This document shows, piece after piece, positions 39,825 to 49,335 of a stretch of DNA of 64,000 bases. The position numbers were made by a program, and so were the translations under genes. Below the pieces are notes generated by a model, which was given only the letters and a program-made list of their open reading frames with translations, had not been told where the DNA came from and made no database searches. Each line of letters opens with the position of its first letter. Position 1 is the stretch's first letter. This stretch comes from Patescibacteria group bacterium (lineage in GTDB: Bacteria; Patescibacteriota; UBA1384; JBBRAU01), in contig JBBRAU010000001.1 of NCBI GenBank assembly GCA_038206475.1, forward strand, positions 71,235 to 135,234, read 5' to 3'.

Positions 39825-41780
39825 ATGGTCCGTCTAGCCATCTCTTCGCTCGCTGATTTGCCGGTATCAAGTCGCGGCCTCTTTGCTGAGCGTCTGGCGC
39901 AGCTGAAACAGGCAACCCTGCCGGTCGTGGCCGGTTTTGTTGTGTCTGAACCGGCGGCGCTACTACTAAAGCGCGGCAAACAATATTCCCTGTGCGAAGA
40001 TGTTTGGAAGCGTATGACCAAACAAACGGAAACTTGGGTGAGTCGTCAGATGCTGGTGCTTTTGGCTGACCAGACGGTACGTCAGGTGCGGGTGGCAGGC
40101 AGTCAGGCGGAGCTGCGCCAGATACTAACCGAAGTGGCCGAGCAGGTTCTGGCGGCTCACAATCACCTGGAACTCATTGTCCTAACGTTGCCGAGTCAGG
40201 TGAGTTGGTCGGGGACGGTGCGGCAGTCGGGAGACAGTATTGAAGTTACGGCCTACCGCGGTTATCCGGCCTTGGTTGGACCAGCGCCTGCACAAGCCGT
40301 TGTGACACTAGATCCAATCACCCTCGTCGTACGCGAGCAGGCGCTAAAGAAACAGCGCTATGCCTTGGGTATCCGCCACGGCCAAACGACACTGGTTCAC
40401 TTTCGGCCGGACGCAGAGACCGTACCCCACGGCATTCTCATTAGGGCAGCGGCGCTGCAGCGGGCACTCGAAGCTGCCGGTCGTACCGAGCCGGTTAGCT
40501 GGATTGCCGACGCTCGGGGCGAGCTGTCGCTGGTTGGATTACCTGGCGCAGAGACGCACCTGTCGCCGGAGCCGTCTGTAGTGCCACTCTCACCCGGTTT
40601 TGCCGTTGGTCCGGTCCGCCTGATTCGCAGCACCGCTGACTTGGTTCGCATTCTACCCGGTGAAATTGTCATCCTTGATCACTTCAAACGCGGTTTACTC
40701 GAATACCTTGACGCCGTCTCTGGTGTGGTTGTGCAAAGTTTGGCCGGCGGCCAGGCGGTACGCAACGCGATTGAGCAGAAGGGCATCCCGCTCATCTATA
40801 CAAAAGCGCTGCCTCGTCTAAAAACGGGACAACTCATCACGCTTGATGCCATCTCTGGTCAACTGGCACCCGGTAAACTGCGCCGACCGGATGCTGTGCC
40901 CCGTACTGTCCAGCCGAACCCGCCTGGTTTACCGGCCATCGTGGCTGAAGTTGGCTCAGCAGACGCGGCAATTATCGCCAGCCAGGCTGGCGCTGACGGC
41001 GTCATCTTTATGCCGGAGACCCTGCTGCTATCTCAAGGCGCGGCCCTCGGCCGCCACGTTGGTCACAGTCTTGGCCGAGATCGGCTGGCAGCAGCTCTCA
41101 AACCAAAAATTGAACCGACCGCAGCGCTCTGGCCACATACTTCGTTCCGCTACCGCCTGAGCGACTTACTCAGTGATGAGCGGGCCGAGTTGCTGCCAAA
41201 CAGCAGTGCCGAGGCCAACCCGCTGCTCGGTCAACATGGCCTAAGCTACCACCTAGCCGAGTCTGGTTTGGCCCAGACAGAGTTGGTTGTGCTGCGGCAA
41301 CTGCTGGACGAGAAAATGAGCACTATTGAGCTGGTGTTGCCATTTGCCCGCAGCGCCGGCGAAGTTCAGGCATTTTGCGCTTGGCTTGATCAACACCGTT
41401 TCTTGCCGCATACGCTGCCGCGCCACCTGACCGTGGCTACCCCGGCCCTACTGTCGACGTTATCGCAACTAGCCAGCCTGCCGCTGGCGAGTATTGTGTT
41501 TGATTTGGCGACTTTTGCCCGATTGAGTTTTGGCCAATCAGAGCTTGGCGGCACGGCGCCGCTGGAAATGGTGCTAGCAGAGGCACTTGTGCGCTTGGCC
41601 GCCGCAACCGAACGGCTTGACCTGCCCTGGACCCTGCAGGCGCCGATTGAACTGTTAACGCCAGAGTTGCTAACCGAGGCTAAACGTCACCACGTGCATA
41701 GTCTGTTGGTGGCAGCTACCGAGATAGAAGAGACGCGTCAGCTACTCACCTCGCTGCATCACCACACCTCAGCCGCGTAG
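39825..41780 (+). CDS. Degenerate PEP synthase/PEP-utilizing enzyme homologue
   Basis: SPGFAVGPVRLI..PGEIV..GIP..LKTGQLITLDAISG, ADGV, YRLSD, EANPLLG; catalytic residues substituted. Confidence 0.75.
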   Translation: MVRLAISSLADLPVSSRGLFAERLAQLKQATLPVVAGFVVSEPAALLLKRGKQYSLCEDVWKRMTKQTETWVSRQMLVLLADQTVRQVRVAGSQAELRQILTEVAEQVLAAHNHLELIVLTLPSQVSWSGTVRQSGDSIEVTAYRGYPALVGPAPAQAVVTLDPITLVVREQALKKQRYALGIRHGQTTLVHFRPDAETVPHGILIRAAALQRALEAAGRTEPVSWIADARGELSLVGLPGAETHLSPEPSVVPLSPGFAVGPVRLIRSTADLVRILPGEIVILDHFKRGLLEYLDAVSGVVVQSLAGGQAVRNAIEQKGIPLIYTKALPRLKTGQLITLDAISGQLAPGKLRRPDAVPRTVQPNPPGLPAIVAEVGSADAAIIASQAGADGVIFMPETLLLSQGAALGRHVGHSLGRDRLAAALKPKIEPTAALWPHTSFRYRLSDLLSDERAELLPNSSAEANPLLGQHGLSYHLAESGLAQTELVVLRQLLDEKMSTIELVLPFARSAGEVQAFCAWLDQHRFLPHTLPRHLTVATPALLSTLSQLASLPLASIVFDLATFARLSFGQSELGGTAPLEMVLAEALVRLAAATERLDLPWTLQAPIELLTPELLTEAKRHHVHSLLVAATEIEETRQLLTSLHHHTSAA

Positions 41781-41839
41781 ACGTTTGGGCCGTTTTTCAG
41801 TATGGTGCGAGTGCGCTGTATAGCGTCGTTGTTGAAATT

Positions 41840-41927
41840 GGAAGGGTGCTGGAGCGGTCGAACAGGCAGACCTGGAAAGTCTGTGTGGCGCAAGTCACCG
41901 TGGGTTCGAATCCCACCCCTTCCGCCA
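41840..41927 (+). tRNA. tRNA-Ser(GGA)
   Basis: GGAAGGG acceptor, CAGAC-CTGGAAA-GTCTG, variable arm, GGTTCGAATCC, GCCA. Confidence 0.95.
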
Positions 41928-42081
41928 ATTGCGTGACCGCCGTTTAGGCGGTTAAGCAATTGGTTGAGAGGTGATGAATGAAAGCCCAGCGAAACTGGGT
42001 TCGGTCGCGCGCCACGTAGTGGCAAGCGGGGGTACCCCTTGAGGCGTAGCCGAAAGAGGGGTCTATTCACCCCTTCCGCCA
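41928..42081 (+). mobile_element. tRNA-linked structured mini-element ending in duplicated tRNA-Ser 3' end
   Basis: CACCCCTTCCGCCA at 41914-41927 repeated at 42068-42081; core motifs shared with 56820-56956; mobility is inferred. Confidence 0.6.
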
Positions 42082-42150
42082 CATCTCAAAAGAAAATGAC
42101 TCAGCTGGGTCATTGTATTGTGATACGCTAAGACTAAATAAAGGAGGCAG

Positions 42151-42786
42151 ATGGCAACCCATCCGGAACCAAAAATACTGGTGGCATTCTACAGTTTTAC
42201 CGGTCATACGGCCGAGCTGGCGCATGCCGTGGCCAAAGGAGCGGGCAAAGTAACTAGCCAGGTAACGATCCGCCGCATTCCGGAGCTCATCCCTGAAGAT
42301 GCCATTCCGCTGCAGATTCGGAAAATTGAACACGTCTACGCTGATATTCCGCTAGCCACTTCTGACGACCTGGTCAACTGCGACGGCCTGCTGCTCGGTG
42401 GTCCAACGCACTTCTCCGGTCTGGCGGCACAGGTGAAGCAGTACCTCGACCAATTTGGGCCGATTTGGCAGGAGGGCAAATTGGTTGACAAAGTAGCCGG
42501 TGTTTTCACCTCAATGGGCTCTCTACACGGCGGTGAGGAGACGACGCTGCTGATGACTATCACAACCCTAATTGGTATGGGTTTGATTCCGGTCGGCATC
42601 CCGTATCCAATCAAAGGGGCTAGCGAAGATTTTGATGCGGGCTCGCCGTTTGGCGCCATTCACTACGCTGGCCACGACGGCAGCCGAAGCCTACAGGCCT
42701 CTGACCGTCTAACGGCTGAGCTGCTTGGTGAGCGGGTGGCTAAGGTGGCAGCTGCCATGCTCTGCTGTAAAACAAGCGGCCACTAA
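42151..42786 (+). CDS. wrbA: NAD(P)H:quinone oxidoreductase WrbA family flavodoxin
   Basis: FYSFTGHT, GPTHF, LVDKVAGVFTS..HGGEETT, GSPFGA; AGGAGG RBS. Confidence 0.9.
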   Translation: MATHPEPKILVAFYSFTGHTAELAHAVAKGAGKVTSQVTIRRIPELIPEDAIPLQIRKIEHVYADIPLATSDDLVNCDGLLLGGPTHFSGLAAQVKQYLDQFGPIWQEGKLVDKVAGVFTSMGSLHGGEETTLLMTITTLIGMGLIPVGIPYPIKGASEDFDAGSPFGAIHYAGHDGSRSLQASDRLTAELLGERVAKVAAAMLCCKTSGH

Positions 42787-42802
42787 ACATTGCTTCTGGC
42801 CG

Positions 42803-42836
42803 AAAAAAAGAGAGCCTCGTGGCTCCCTTTTTTATT
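42803..42836. terminator. Bidirectional intrinsic terminator
   Basis: A-run, GAGCC-TCGT-GGCTC stem, T-run between convergent genes. Confidence 0.7.
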
Positions 42837-42841
42837 CAGAA

Positions 42842-44605
42842 TCACCAACCGCCTCCGCCACCGCCACCGCCGCCAGATCCGGCACCGCCAGAGCTGGTGC
42901 CGGCACTGCTGAACGAGCTCATGGCCGAGCTGAAGTTACTTGCAAATGTGCTTGAATCGAAGCCACCACTGCCGACGTACCACACCGGCGGCGTGAAAGT
43001 AGCTCCCATTTGATCCAACTTCTTCAGCCACTCTTTGGTCAGGCCAAACACCATCGCCCAAGGTAAAAAGCGGTCCAGTTCTCCCTCTTTTTCTAGCCAC
43101 TGTTGGCGATAGCGCTCGGCGACATGCATAAACATGTAAAAGCCCATAACTTGCCGGTACATTGCTAATCCTTTTTCGGTCAGCTCAGAACCGCGGCGGA
43201 ACAAGCGGGTAAATAACAGCAGGATTCCACTAGCGAGCAGGCCGAGTCCCCAAAAGATAGACAGGGCAAACAGGCCGTTTTGCATCAGGGCAATGAAGAG
43301 GCCGCCAATTAATGCCAAGACGACGCCAAAGACGACGTGTTTAATGTTGTTCCAGCTGTAGGTGTTTTCATTAGTCACAAAGCCTTGTTGCTTCAACCAT
43401 TGCCAACCGGCCTCAGAGGGCAGTCTTTGTAGTTGGGCAGCCCGAATGGTGTCTTTGTGCAGATCGTCAAGCGATTGTTCCTTGCCGTTTTGGTCAAACA
43501 GAACACTGGTGATGACTTCGGCTAGTGGCCGACCGCTGGCAGCTGGGCGTTTTTTGAGATGCAGCAGGTAATTTTTATGCCAGAACAGGCCCTTCTTTTC
43601 CTCGATCGTCAGCTCTCCGCGATGCGCCATGTCAATCAAGGTCGCCGGAATAGGCTGGCCATACAGTTCACCTTCGCGGAAGGCATCGGCCAAACCTGGT
43701 TCCAGTGTCGGCGGTTCGTACAGCGGGATAATGGCGCGGGCGTTCTTCCGAGCACTCATGGTCATGCGCTGCCAAATCAGCCAAGCCAGTGTCAGCAGCG
43801 GTAGCAGGCAGGGCAGGACGATCTGCAGCCAGAGTGCCCGCCTGACCGGAGACACTGCCTGGATGGTGCCGCTTGGCAGGAGGCCGCCAGCCGTTAGCTC
43901 CTGGCCGGGCTGCAGGTTTTGGGCCGACGCGGTCATGACGGCGCCGTGAGCTTCGGTTTGGCAGCTTGTTTGAGTGTCGCTAGGCGCGTAGCACAGTGGC
44001 GAGGTCCAGATGCCAGACGCGGTGATGGTCGCTTTGGCGTGTTCGATTGGCACTGTCCAACGGCGGCCGGTGACATTCCACAAAAATTGTTGGCCGTTGC
44101 TTGTTTCAGCCTGAACGGCGGCGGCCTGGTAGTGAATGGTGTAGGTGACGGCGCCGGTATCCACATGCCCGGCGTCACCAATTTTGAGGGTCAATCCGCT
44201 CTCTGCAATAGCCGTGGTGTACGGCGCGGCCACACTGGCCGAGTCGCCTTCGTGCTGCCAGCTAACGTCCCGCAACTTGATGCCTGAGGCGCGGGAACCG
44301 TACAGGTACGATGAATAGGTCAGCGGCAGCGTGCGGTAAATGCCGTGATGCGGATTTTGACCAAAGTCGGCGGTAATTTTTTCCAGAATTTCCGACTGGC
44401 CGTTTTGGCCAATATCTACAGTCGCGACAAAGTTTTTGATAATAAAACCGCTCGAGAGCGAATTCGAGTTTTGATCGTTGACTACTGTGCTGACGGTGTT
44501 ACCGTCGCCAGTGATTTGGACCTGAGTGCTGTCGGCCGCCTGAACCGCCGCGGCAAAGCCAAGCACTGTACAAATGACACCGATAATAAAAAGAGTGTGT
44601 TTCAT
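42842..44605 (-). CDS. DUF2207 family membrane protein
   Basis: Signal peptide, HHGIYRTLP, WNVTG, ATLIDMAHRG, LPWAMVFG, C-terminal GGGGGGGGW. Confidence 0.9.
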   Translation of the reverse strand: MKHTLFIIGVICTVLGFAAAVQAADSTQVQITGDGNTVSTVVNDQNSNSLSSGFIIKNFVATVDIGQNGQSEILEKITADFGQNPHHGIYRTLPLTYSSYLYGSRASGIKLRDVSWQHEGDSASVAAPYTTAIAESGLTLKIGDAGHVDTGAVTYTIHYQAAAVQAETSNGQQFLWNVTGRRWTVPIEHAKATITASGIWTSPLCYAPSDTQTSCQTEAHGAVMTASAQNLQPGQELTAGGLLPSGTIQAVSPVRRALWLQIVLPCLLPLLTLAWLIWQRMTMSARKNARAIIPLYEPPTLEPGLADAFREGELYGQPIPATLIDMAHRGELTIEEKKGLFWHKNYLLHLKKRPAASGRPLAEVITSVLFDQNGKEQSLDDLHKDTIRAAQLQRLPSEAGWQWLKQQGFVTNENTYSWNNIKHVVFGVVLALIGGLFIALMQNGLFALSIFWGLGLLASGILLLFTRLFRRGSELTEKGLAMYRQVMGFYMFMHVAERYRQQWLEKEGELDRFLPWAMVFGLTKEWLKKLDQMGATFTPPVWYVGSGGFDSSTFASNFSSAMSSFSSAGTSSGGAGSGGGGGGGGGW

Positions 44606-44685
44606 GGCCCCAGCATAGAGCTTTTCTGTCTGTAGGCATACGCCCACTCGCGAAATATAGCGATTTATGGTAATTGTAGAGAAGC

Positions 44686-44797
44686 GAGCGCCTGTAGCTC
44701 AGTGGGATAACGACCCGTTGCGCAGCAACGGAACGTTTTCCACTTCGCGCTGCTGGAATTCAAGCTAGTCTCGGAGCTAAAGCTCCAAGCCCATCTT
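44686..44797 (+). repeat. Duplicated 5' end of tRNA-Arg(CCG) plus structured spacer
   Basis: GAGCGCCTGTAGCTCAGTGG at 44686-44705 and 44798-44817. Confidence 0.85.
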
Positions 44798-44799
44798 GA

Positions 44800-44875
44800 G
44801 CGCCTGTAGCTCAGTGGATAGAGCGCTGCCCTCCGAAGGCAGAGGCCACAGGTTCAAGTCCTGTCAGGCGTACCA
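44800..44875 (+). tRNA. tRNA-Arg(CCG)
   Basis: GCGCCTG acceptor, CTGCC-CTCCGAA-GGCAG, GGTTCAAGTCC, ACCA. Confidence 0.95.
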
Positions 44876-44948
44876 ACCTAATTCGTTTGGAAAATAAATT
44901 GCGAACTGGGGCAATAACTTTGTGAGTACTCATCACCTAAGCAAAAAC

Positions 44949-46514
44949 ATGACCAAAGAGCAGGAGCGCACAGAGTTGCACCGTGCTATTTGGCAGATTG
45001 CGAACGATCTGCGCGGAGCAGTGGATGGCTGGGATTTCAAACAGTATGTACTTGGAACGCTTTTTTATCGATTCATTAGCGAGAACTTGACGAACTACAT
45101 CAATGCCGATGAACGTCGCACTGGCAAACAAAATTTTGATTATACAGCGCTTGCCGACGAAGAAGCCGAGTTTGGTCGAGCCGATACGGTGAAAGAAAAA
45201 GGCTTCTATATCTTGCCAAGCGAGCTTTTTGTAAACGTATGCATAAATGCCCGCAGCAACGCCAACCTCAACGAAACGCTTTCTGTTATTTTTCGTAACA
45301 TTGAAAACTCCGCCAAAGGTGCAAGCAGTGAGGATGACCTTCGGGGCCTTTTTGATGACTTAGACGTGAACTCAAGTCGACTCGGAAACACGGTAGAAAC
45401 GAGAAATCGCAAGCTCGCCAAGTTGTTAGAAGCGATCGGCGAGCTTCGCCTCGGTGATTACGCGGATAATACTATTGATGCTTTTGGTGATGCATATGAG
45501 TTCTTGATGACCATGTACGCCTCGACGGCTGGCAAATCCGGAGGCGAATTTTTTACGCCACAGGAGGTCAGCGAGCTCCTCGCTGAAATTACCACTGTCG
45601 GCAAAAAGGAAGTAAACAAAGTTTACGACCCAGCCTGTGGGTCTGGCTCACTGCTCCTCAAATTCGCGAAGGTGTTGGGGCGAGAGAATGTGCGCCAAGG
45701 TTTCTTCGGTCAGGAAATCAATCTTACCACCTATAATCTCTGCCGTATCAACATGTTTCTGCATGATGTGAACTACAACCATTTTGATATTGCTCACGGT
45801 GATACACTTACCGATCCGAAACATTGGGACGACGAGCCGTTTGATGCCATCGTCTCTAATCCGCCTTATTCCATCCACTGGGAAGGTGATGCGGATCCCT
45901 TACTTATCAATGATCCGCGTTTTTCACCGGCCGGAGTGCTGGCACCAAAGAGCAAGGCTGACCTGGCATTTACTATGCACATGCTTTCGTGGCTTTCGAC
46001 CAGCGGCACAGCGGCCATCGTTGAGTTTCCTGGCGTTCTCTATCGCGGTGGTGCGGAGCAAAAAATCCGTAAGTACTTGATAGAGAATAATTACATCGAA
46101 GTCGTCATTCAACTTCCGCCCGATCTCTTTTTCGGCACCACCATTGCCACCTGCGTTATTGTGCTCAAGAAGAGCAAAAAGGACAACAAAACGCTCTTTA
46201 TTGATGCCTCGGCCGAATTTGTACGCAACGGCAATAAAAACAAACTATCACAAGCAAACCGCGCTAAGATTTTAGACGCGTTTACCGCACGCAATGATGC
46301 CGATTACTTTGCCAAATTAGTCGACAATAAAACGATTGCCGAGAATGAGTACAATATTGCCGTATCAAGCTATGTTGTGGCAGAAGACACCCGCGAGGTG
46401 GTGGATATTGCGGTGCTCAATACTGAGATCGCCCGCATTGTTGTGAGGCAGAATGAGCTCCGTACGGCGATTGATAAAATCGTCGTCGATATTGAGGGAA
46501 CAAAAGAACCATGA
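44949..46514 (+). CDS. hsdM: Type I R-M methyltransferase subunit
   Basis: GEFFTP, YDPACGSGSLL, SNPPY. Confidence 0.97.
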   Translation: MTKEQERTELHRAIWQIANDLRGAVDGWDFKQYVLGTLFYRFISENLTNYINADERRTGKQNFDYTALADEEAEFGRADTVKEKGFYILPSELFVNVCINARSNANLNETLSVIFRNIENSAKGASSEDDLRGLFDDLDVNSSRLGNTVETRNRKLAKLLEAIGELRLGDYADNTIDAFGDAYEFLMTMYASTAGKSGGEFFTPQEVSELLAEITTVGKKEVNKVYDPACGSGSLLLKFAKVLGRENVRQGFFGQEINLTTYNLCRINMFLHDVNYNHFDIAHGDTLTDPKHWDDEPFDAIVSNPPYSIHWEGDADPLLINDPRFSPAGVLAPKSKADLAFTMHMLSWLSTSGTAAIVEFPGVLYRGGAEQKIRKYLIENNYIEVVIQLPPDLFFGTTIATCVIVLKKSKKDNKTLFIDASAEFVRNGNKNKLSQANRAKILDAFTARNDADYFAKLVDNKTIAENEYNIAVSSYVVAEDTREVVDIAVLNTEIARIVVRQNELRTAIDKIVVDIEGTKEP

Positions 46515-47530
46515 AACAGGACGCTCAGAACAATGACATCATCATTTATGAAGGCGAGAACGGCCAGCCGAAAATTGAGGTGCGTGTTGAGGGTGAAACC
46601 GTATGGCTTACTATTGACCAAATGGCCACGTTATTTAACAAAGGACGCTCAACGGTAAATGAGCATATCATCAACATCTATCACGAAAAAGAGCTAGTCG
46701 AGGCTGATTCTGTGAGAAAAATCGGTAATTCCGATTTTTCTACCAAACCCACAAACTACTATAATCTCGACGTTGTCATTTCTGTTGGTTACCGCGTAAG
46801 TTCTGTCCAGGGTACGCGCTTTCGCCAGTGGGCAACCGCACGCCTGCGAGAGTACATCGTCAAAGGCTTCACCATGGACGATGAGCGTCTCAAGAGTTCA
46901 GGTGGCGGAACGTACTGGAAAGAGCTTTTAGAACGCATTCGCGATATTCGGAGCAGCGAGAAGGCCCTTTATCGTCAGGTGTTGGATTTGTATGCGACAA
47001 GTCTAGACTACAACTCAAAAAGCAAAGAAACAGGAGAGTTCTTTAAAACGGTGCAGAACAAACTTCACTACGCCACGAACCAGCAAACTGCCACCGAGCT
47101 TATCCATGCGCGGGCTGATGCTAACAAAGACTTCATGGGACTCACCACCTTTGCCGGAACTATACCTAAGCGATCAGAGGTTTCCATAGCCAAGAATTAT
47201 CTGACCGAAGACGAGCTCTTTCGCCTGAACCGCTTGGTGTCTGCTTTTTTCGACCTTGCTGAAATCAAAGCGCAAGACCATATGCCGATGCATATGAAAG
47301 ACTGGATGGCGGAGCTCGACAAATTTGCTGGGATGTATGGTAAGGGCGTACTGAAAAATGCGGGTGTCGTGAGACATGACGCTGCCATGAAGAAAGCCGA
47401 CCGGGAGTACCGAAAATATCAGGCCAAAACCCTTTCACCCGTTGAAGAAGCATATTTGGCCACGATCAAGGCTTTGCAGAAAAAGGTGGAGAAAAAAGTG
47501 AAAGAGAGCAAGCCAAAGAGTAAAAAGTAA
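46511..47530 (+). CDS. RhuM family protein
   Basis: ETVWLT..MATLF, YYNLDVVISVGYRV, FRQWAT..KGFTMDDERLK, IRDIRSSEK. Confidence 0.9.
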   Translation: MKQDAQNNDIIIYEGENGQPKIEVRVEGETVWLTIDQMATLFNKGRSTVNEHIINIYHEKELVEADSVRKIGNSDFSTKPTNYYNLDVVISVGYRVSSVQGTRFRQWATARLREYIVKGFTMDDERLKSSGGGTYWKELLERIRDIRSSEKALYRQVLDLYATSLDYNSKSKETGEFFKTVQNKLHYATNQQTATELIHARADANKDFMGLTTFAGTIPKRSEVSIAKNYLTEDELFRLNRLVSAFFDLAEIKAQDHMPMHMKDWMAELDKFAGMYGKGVLKNAGVVRHDAAMKKADREYRKYQAKTLSPVEEAYLATIKALQKKVEKKVKESKPKSKK

Positions 47531-47532
47531 TT

Positions 47533-48672
47533 ATGGCAAAAAATCAAAGCAAAATTGAGAAGCTGATTGCCGAGTACTGTCCCAACGAGGTGGAGTTTAA
47601 AAAGCTCGGAGAGGTCTGTGAAATTACTGATAATAAAAGGAGACCCGTAGCATCGAGTTTACGTGTAGCAGGCAAAATACCATACTATGGTGCAAACAAC
47701 ATACAAGACTATGTTGAAGGTTTCACACATGAAGGTGATTTTGTATTAATTGCTGAGGATGGATCCGCAAACTTAGAAAATTATTCAATCCAGTTTGCGA
47801 CCGGAAAGTTCTGGGCAAATAACCATGTTCATGTTGTTAGAGGATACGATAAATTAAATAATAGGTTTTTATTTCATTATTTAAGAAGCATGAAGTTTAT
47901 TCCATTCTTAACAGGTGGAACTCGTGCAAAGCTTACCAAAAGCAAGATGCTAGAAATAATAATCCCTATTCCGCCGCTTGCGGTGCAGGAGGAGATTGTC
48001 AACATTCTTAATAGCTTTACAGAGCTAGAAGCAGAGCTAGAAGCAGAGCTAGAAGCTAGAAAGATGCAGTACGAGCATTACCGCTCGGCACTTCTGACAT
48101 TTAACGAGGGGGGGGTACGGAGGCCGAGGCTTGATGAAGTATGCCAATCGATTCTCGCAGGCGGAGATTTGCCAGAAAATTATTCGAAGGGTCAAAATAT
48201 GCCAACCCAAGAACTTCCATTCCCCATATATTCAAACGGTTCCGATGATAAAGCGTTGTATGGCTATTCTGATAGCTACAGTATCGGTAGCGAGGCCGTA
48301 ACTATTTCGGCGCGTGGGACCATCGGCTACCACACGGTACGCAAAGCGAAATTCACACCGATTGTTCGTCTCATTACCCTTATTCCCAACACTGAAATTA
48401 TTTCACCAAGGTTTTTAAGCTACGCTCTCGATGTTACTGAAATTGGCCATAGCGGCGGTAGTATTCCACAGTTGACTGTCCCAAATGTCAAAAAAATTCA
48501 AATCCCTGTTCCTGAAATCGCCGAGCAAGAGCGTATCGTGTCTATTTTGGATAAGTTTAATGCACTCGTGAATGACATTTCCGTTGGCCTGCCGGCAGAG
48601 CTTGCTGCGCGTCGGTCGCAATACGAATATTATCGAGGTAAGCTCCTGACATTTAATGAAATGACAGTATGA
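47533..48672 (+). CDS. hsdS: Type I R-M specificity subunit (two TRDs)
   Basis: IPIPPLAVQEEIV / IPVPEIAEQERIV conserved regions, ELEA repeats, YEYYRGKLLTF. Confidence 0.95.
   Translation: MAKNQSKIEKLIAEYCPNEVEFKKLGEVCEITDNKRRPVASSLRVAGKIPYYGANNIQDYVEGFTHEGDFVLIAEDGSANLENYSIQFATGKFWANNHVHVVRGYDKLNNRFLFHYLRSMKFIPFLTGGTRAKLTKSKMLEIIIPIPPLAVQEEIVNILNSFTELEAELEAELEARKMQYEHYRSALLTFNEGGVRRPRLDEVCQSILAGGDLPENYSKGQNMPTQELPFPIYSNGSDDKALYGYSDSYSIGSEAVTISARGTIGYHTVRKAKFTPIVRLITLIPNTEIISPRFLSYALDVTEIGHSGGSIPQLTVPNVKKIQIPVPEIAEQERIVSILDKFNALVNDISVGLPAELAARRSQYEYYRGKLLTFNEMTV
48021..48056 (+). repeat. 3 x 12-bp tandem repeat AGAGCTAGAAGC in hsdS
   Basis: Read directly; encodes (ELEA)3. Confidence 0.95.
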
Positions 48673-49334
48673 ACCAAATTATTTACATCCTCACTAATGA
48701 GTCAATGCCTGAATATATAAAAATCGGGTTTACTCATGGCGAGGTGAACGAAAGAATTAAGCAACTTGACAGAACGGGCGTGCCACTTCCTTTTGAAATT
48801 TACTACGCAGCTACTGTGGAGAATGCAGAGAATGAGGAGAAATGGCTACACTCTATTTTTGCTGACCGTAGAGCGCGCGATAGTCGTGAATTTTTCAGGA
48901 TGAGTCCGGAACACGCAACTCTTGCACTTAAGCGGGTTGAAATTACCGAGGAAAAAATAGAGAACATCCTAACTAAAGAGCAGGAAAAAGAAGTAGACAA
49001 GGCAAAAGAAAGAAGGGCGCGATTTCAGTTTGCTCAGTATGGAATTCCTGTCGGTTCTAAACTGACATTCACTAGAGACGAAGGTATCGTCGCTGAAGTT
49101 GTGGAGAACGATAAAATAAAAATTGGTGACAGCGTAAGCAGCCTATCCACCTGCGCGATGGAGCTGTTGGGGTATCAGAGACGGCCGCAGGGAACCTTAT
49201 ACTTCAAGTTCAAGGACGAGATATTAGATGACAGGCGAAAGAGAATGGATGAGGTGGAACCAACGCCAAAGGGCGTAGAAGCTGCTGGTGATGAGTGGAT
49301 GTCACAACAGGCAGAAATAGAACAAGGAAAATAA
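48669..49334 (+). CDS. GIY-YIG-like T5orf172 domain protein
   Basis: IYILTNESMPEYIKIGFT..RIKQL..TGVPLPF..E..LH..REFF. Confidence 0.85.
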   Translation: MNQIIYILTNESMPEYIKIGFTHGEVNERIKQLDRTGVPLPFEIYYAATVENAENEEKWLHSIFADRRARDSREFFRMSPEHATLALKRVEITEEKIENILTKEQEKEVDKAKERRARFQFAQYGIPVGSKLTFTRDEGIVAEVVENDKIKIGDSVSSLSTCAMELLGYQRRPQGTLYFKFKDEILDDRRKRMDEVEPTPKGVEAAGDEWMSQQAEIEQGK

Positions 49335-49335
49335 T

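Noticed and set aside
42842-42900. (CCG/CCA)n trinucleotide run
   Set aside because: Encodes the normal Gly-rich C-terminus of DUF2207 proteins
44686-44797. Second tRNA-Arg gene or intron-containing tRNA
   Set aside because: No anticodon or T arm follows the first 5' copy, and the downstream tRNA is complete by itself
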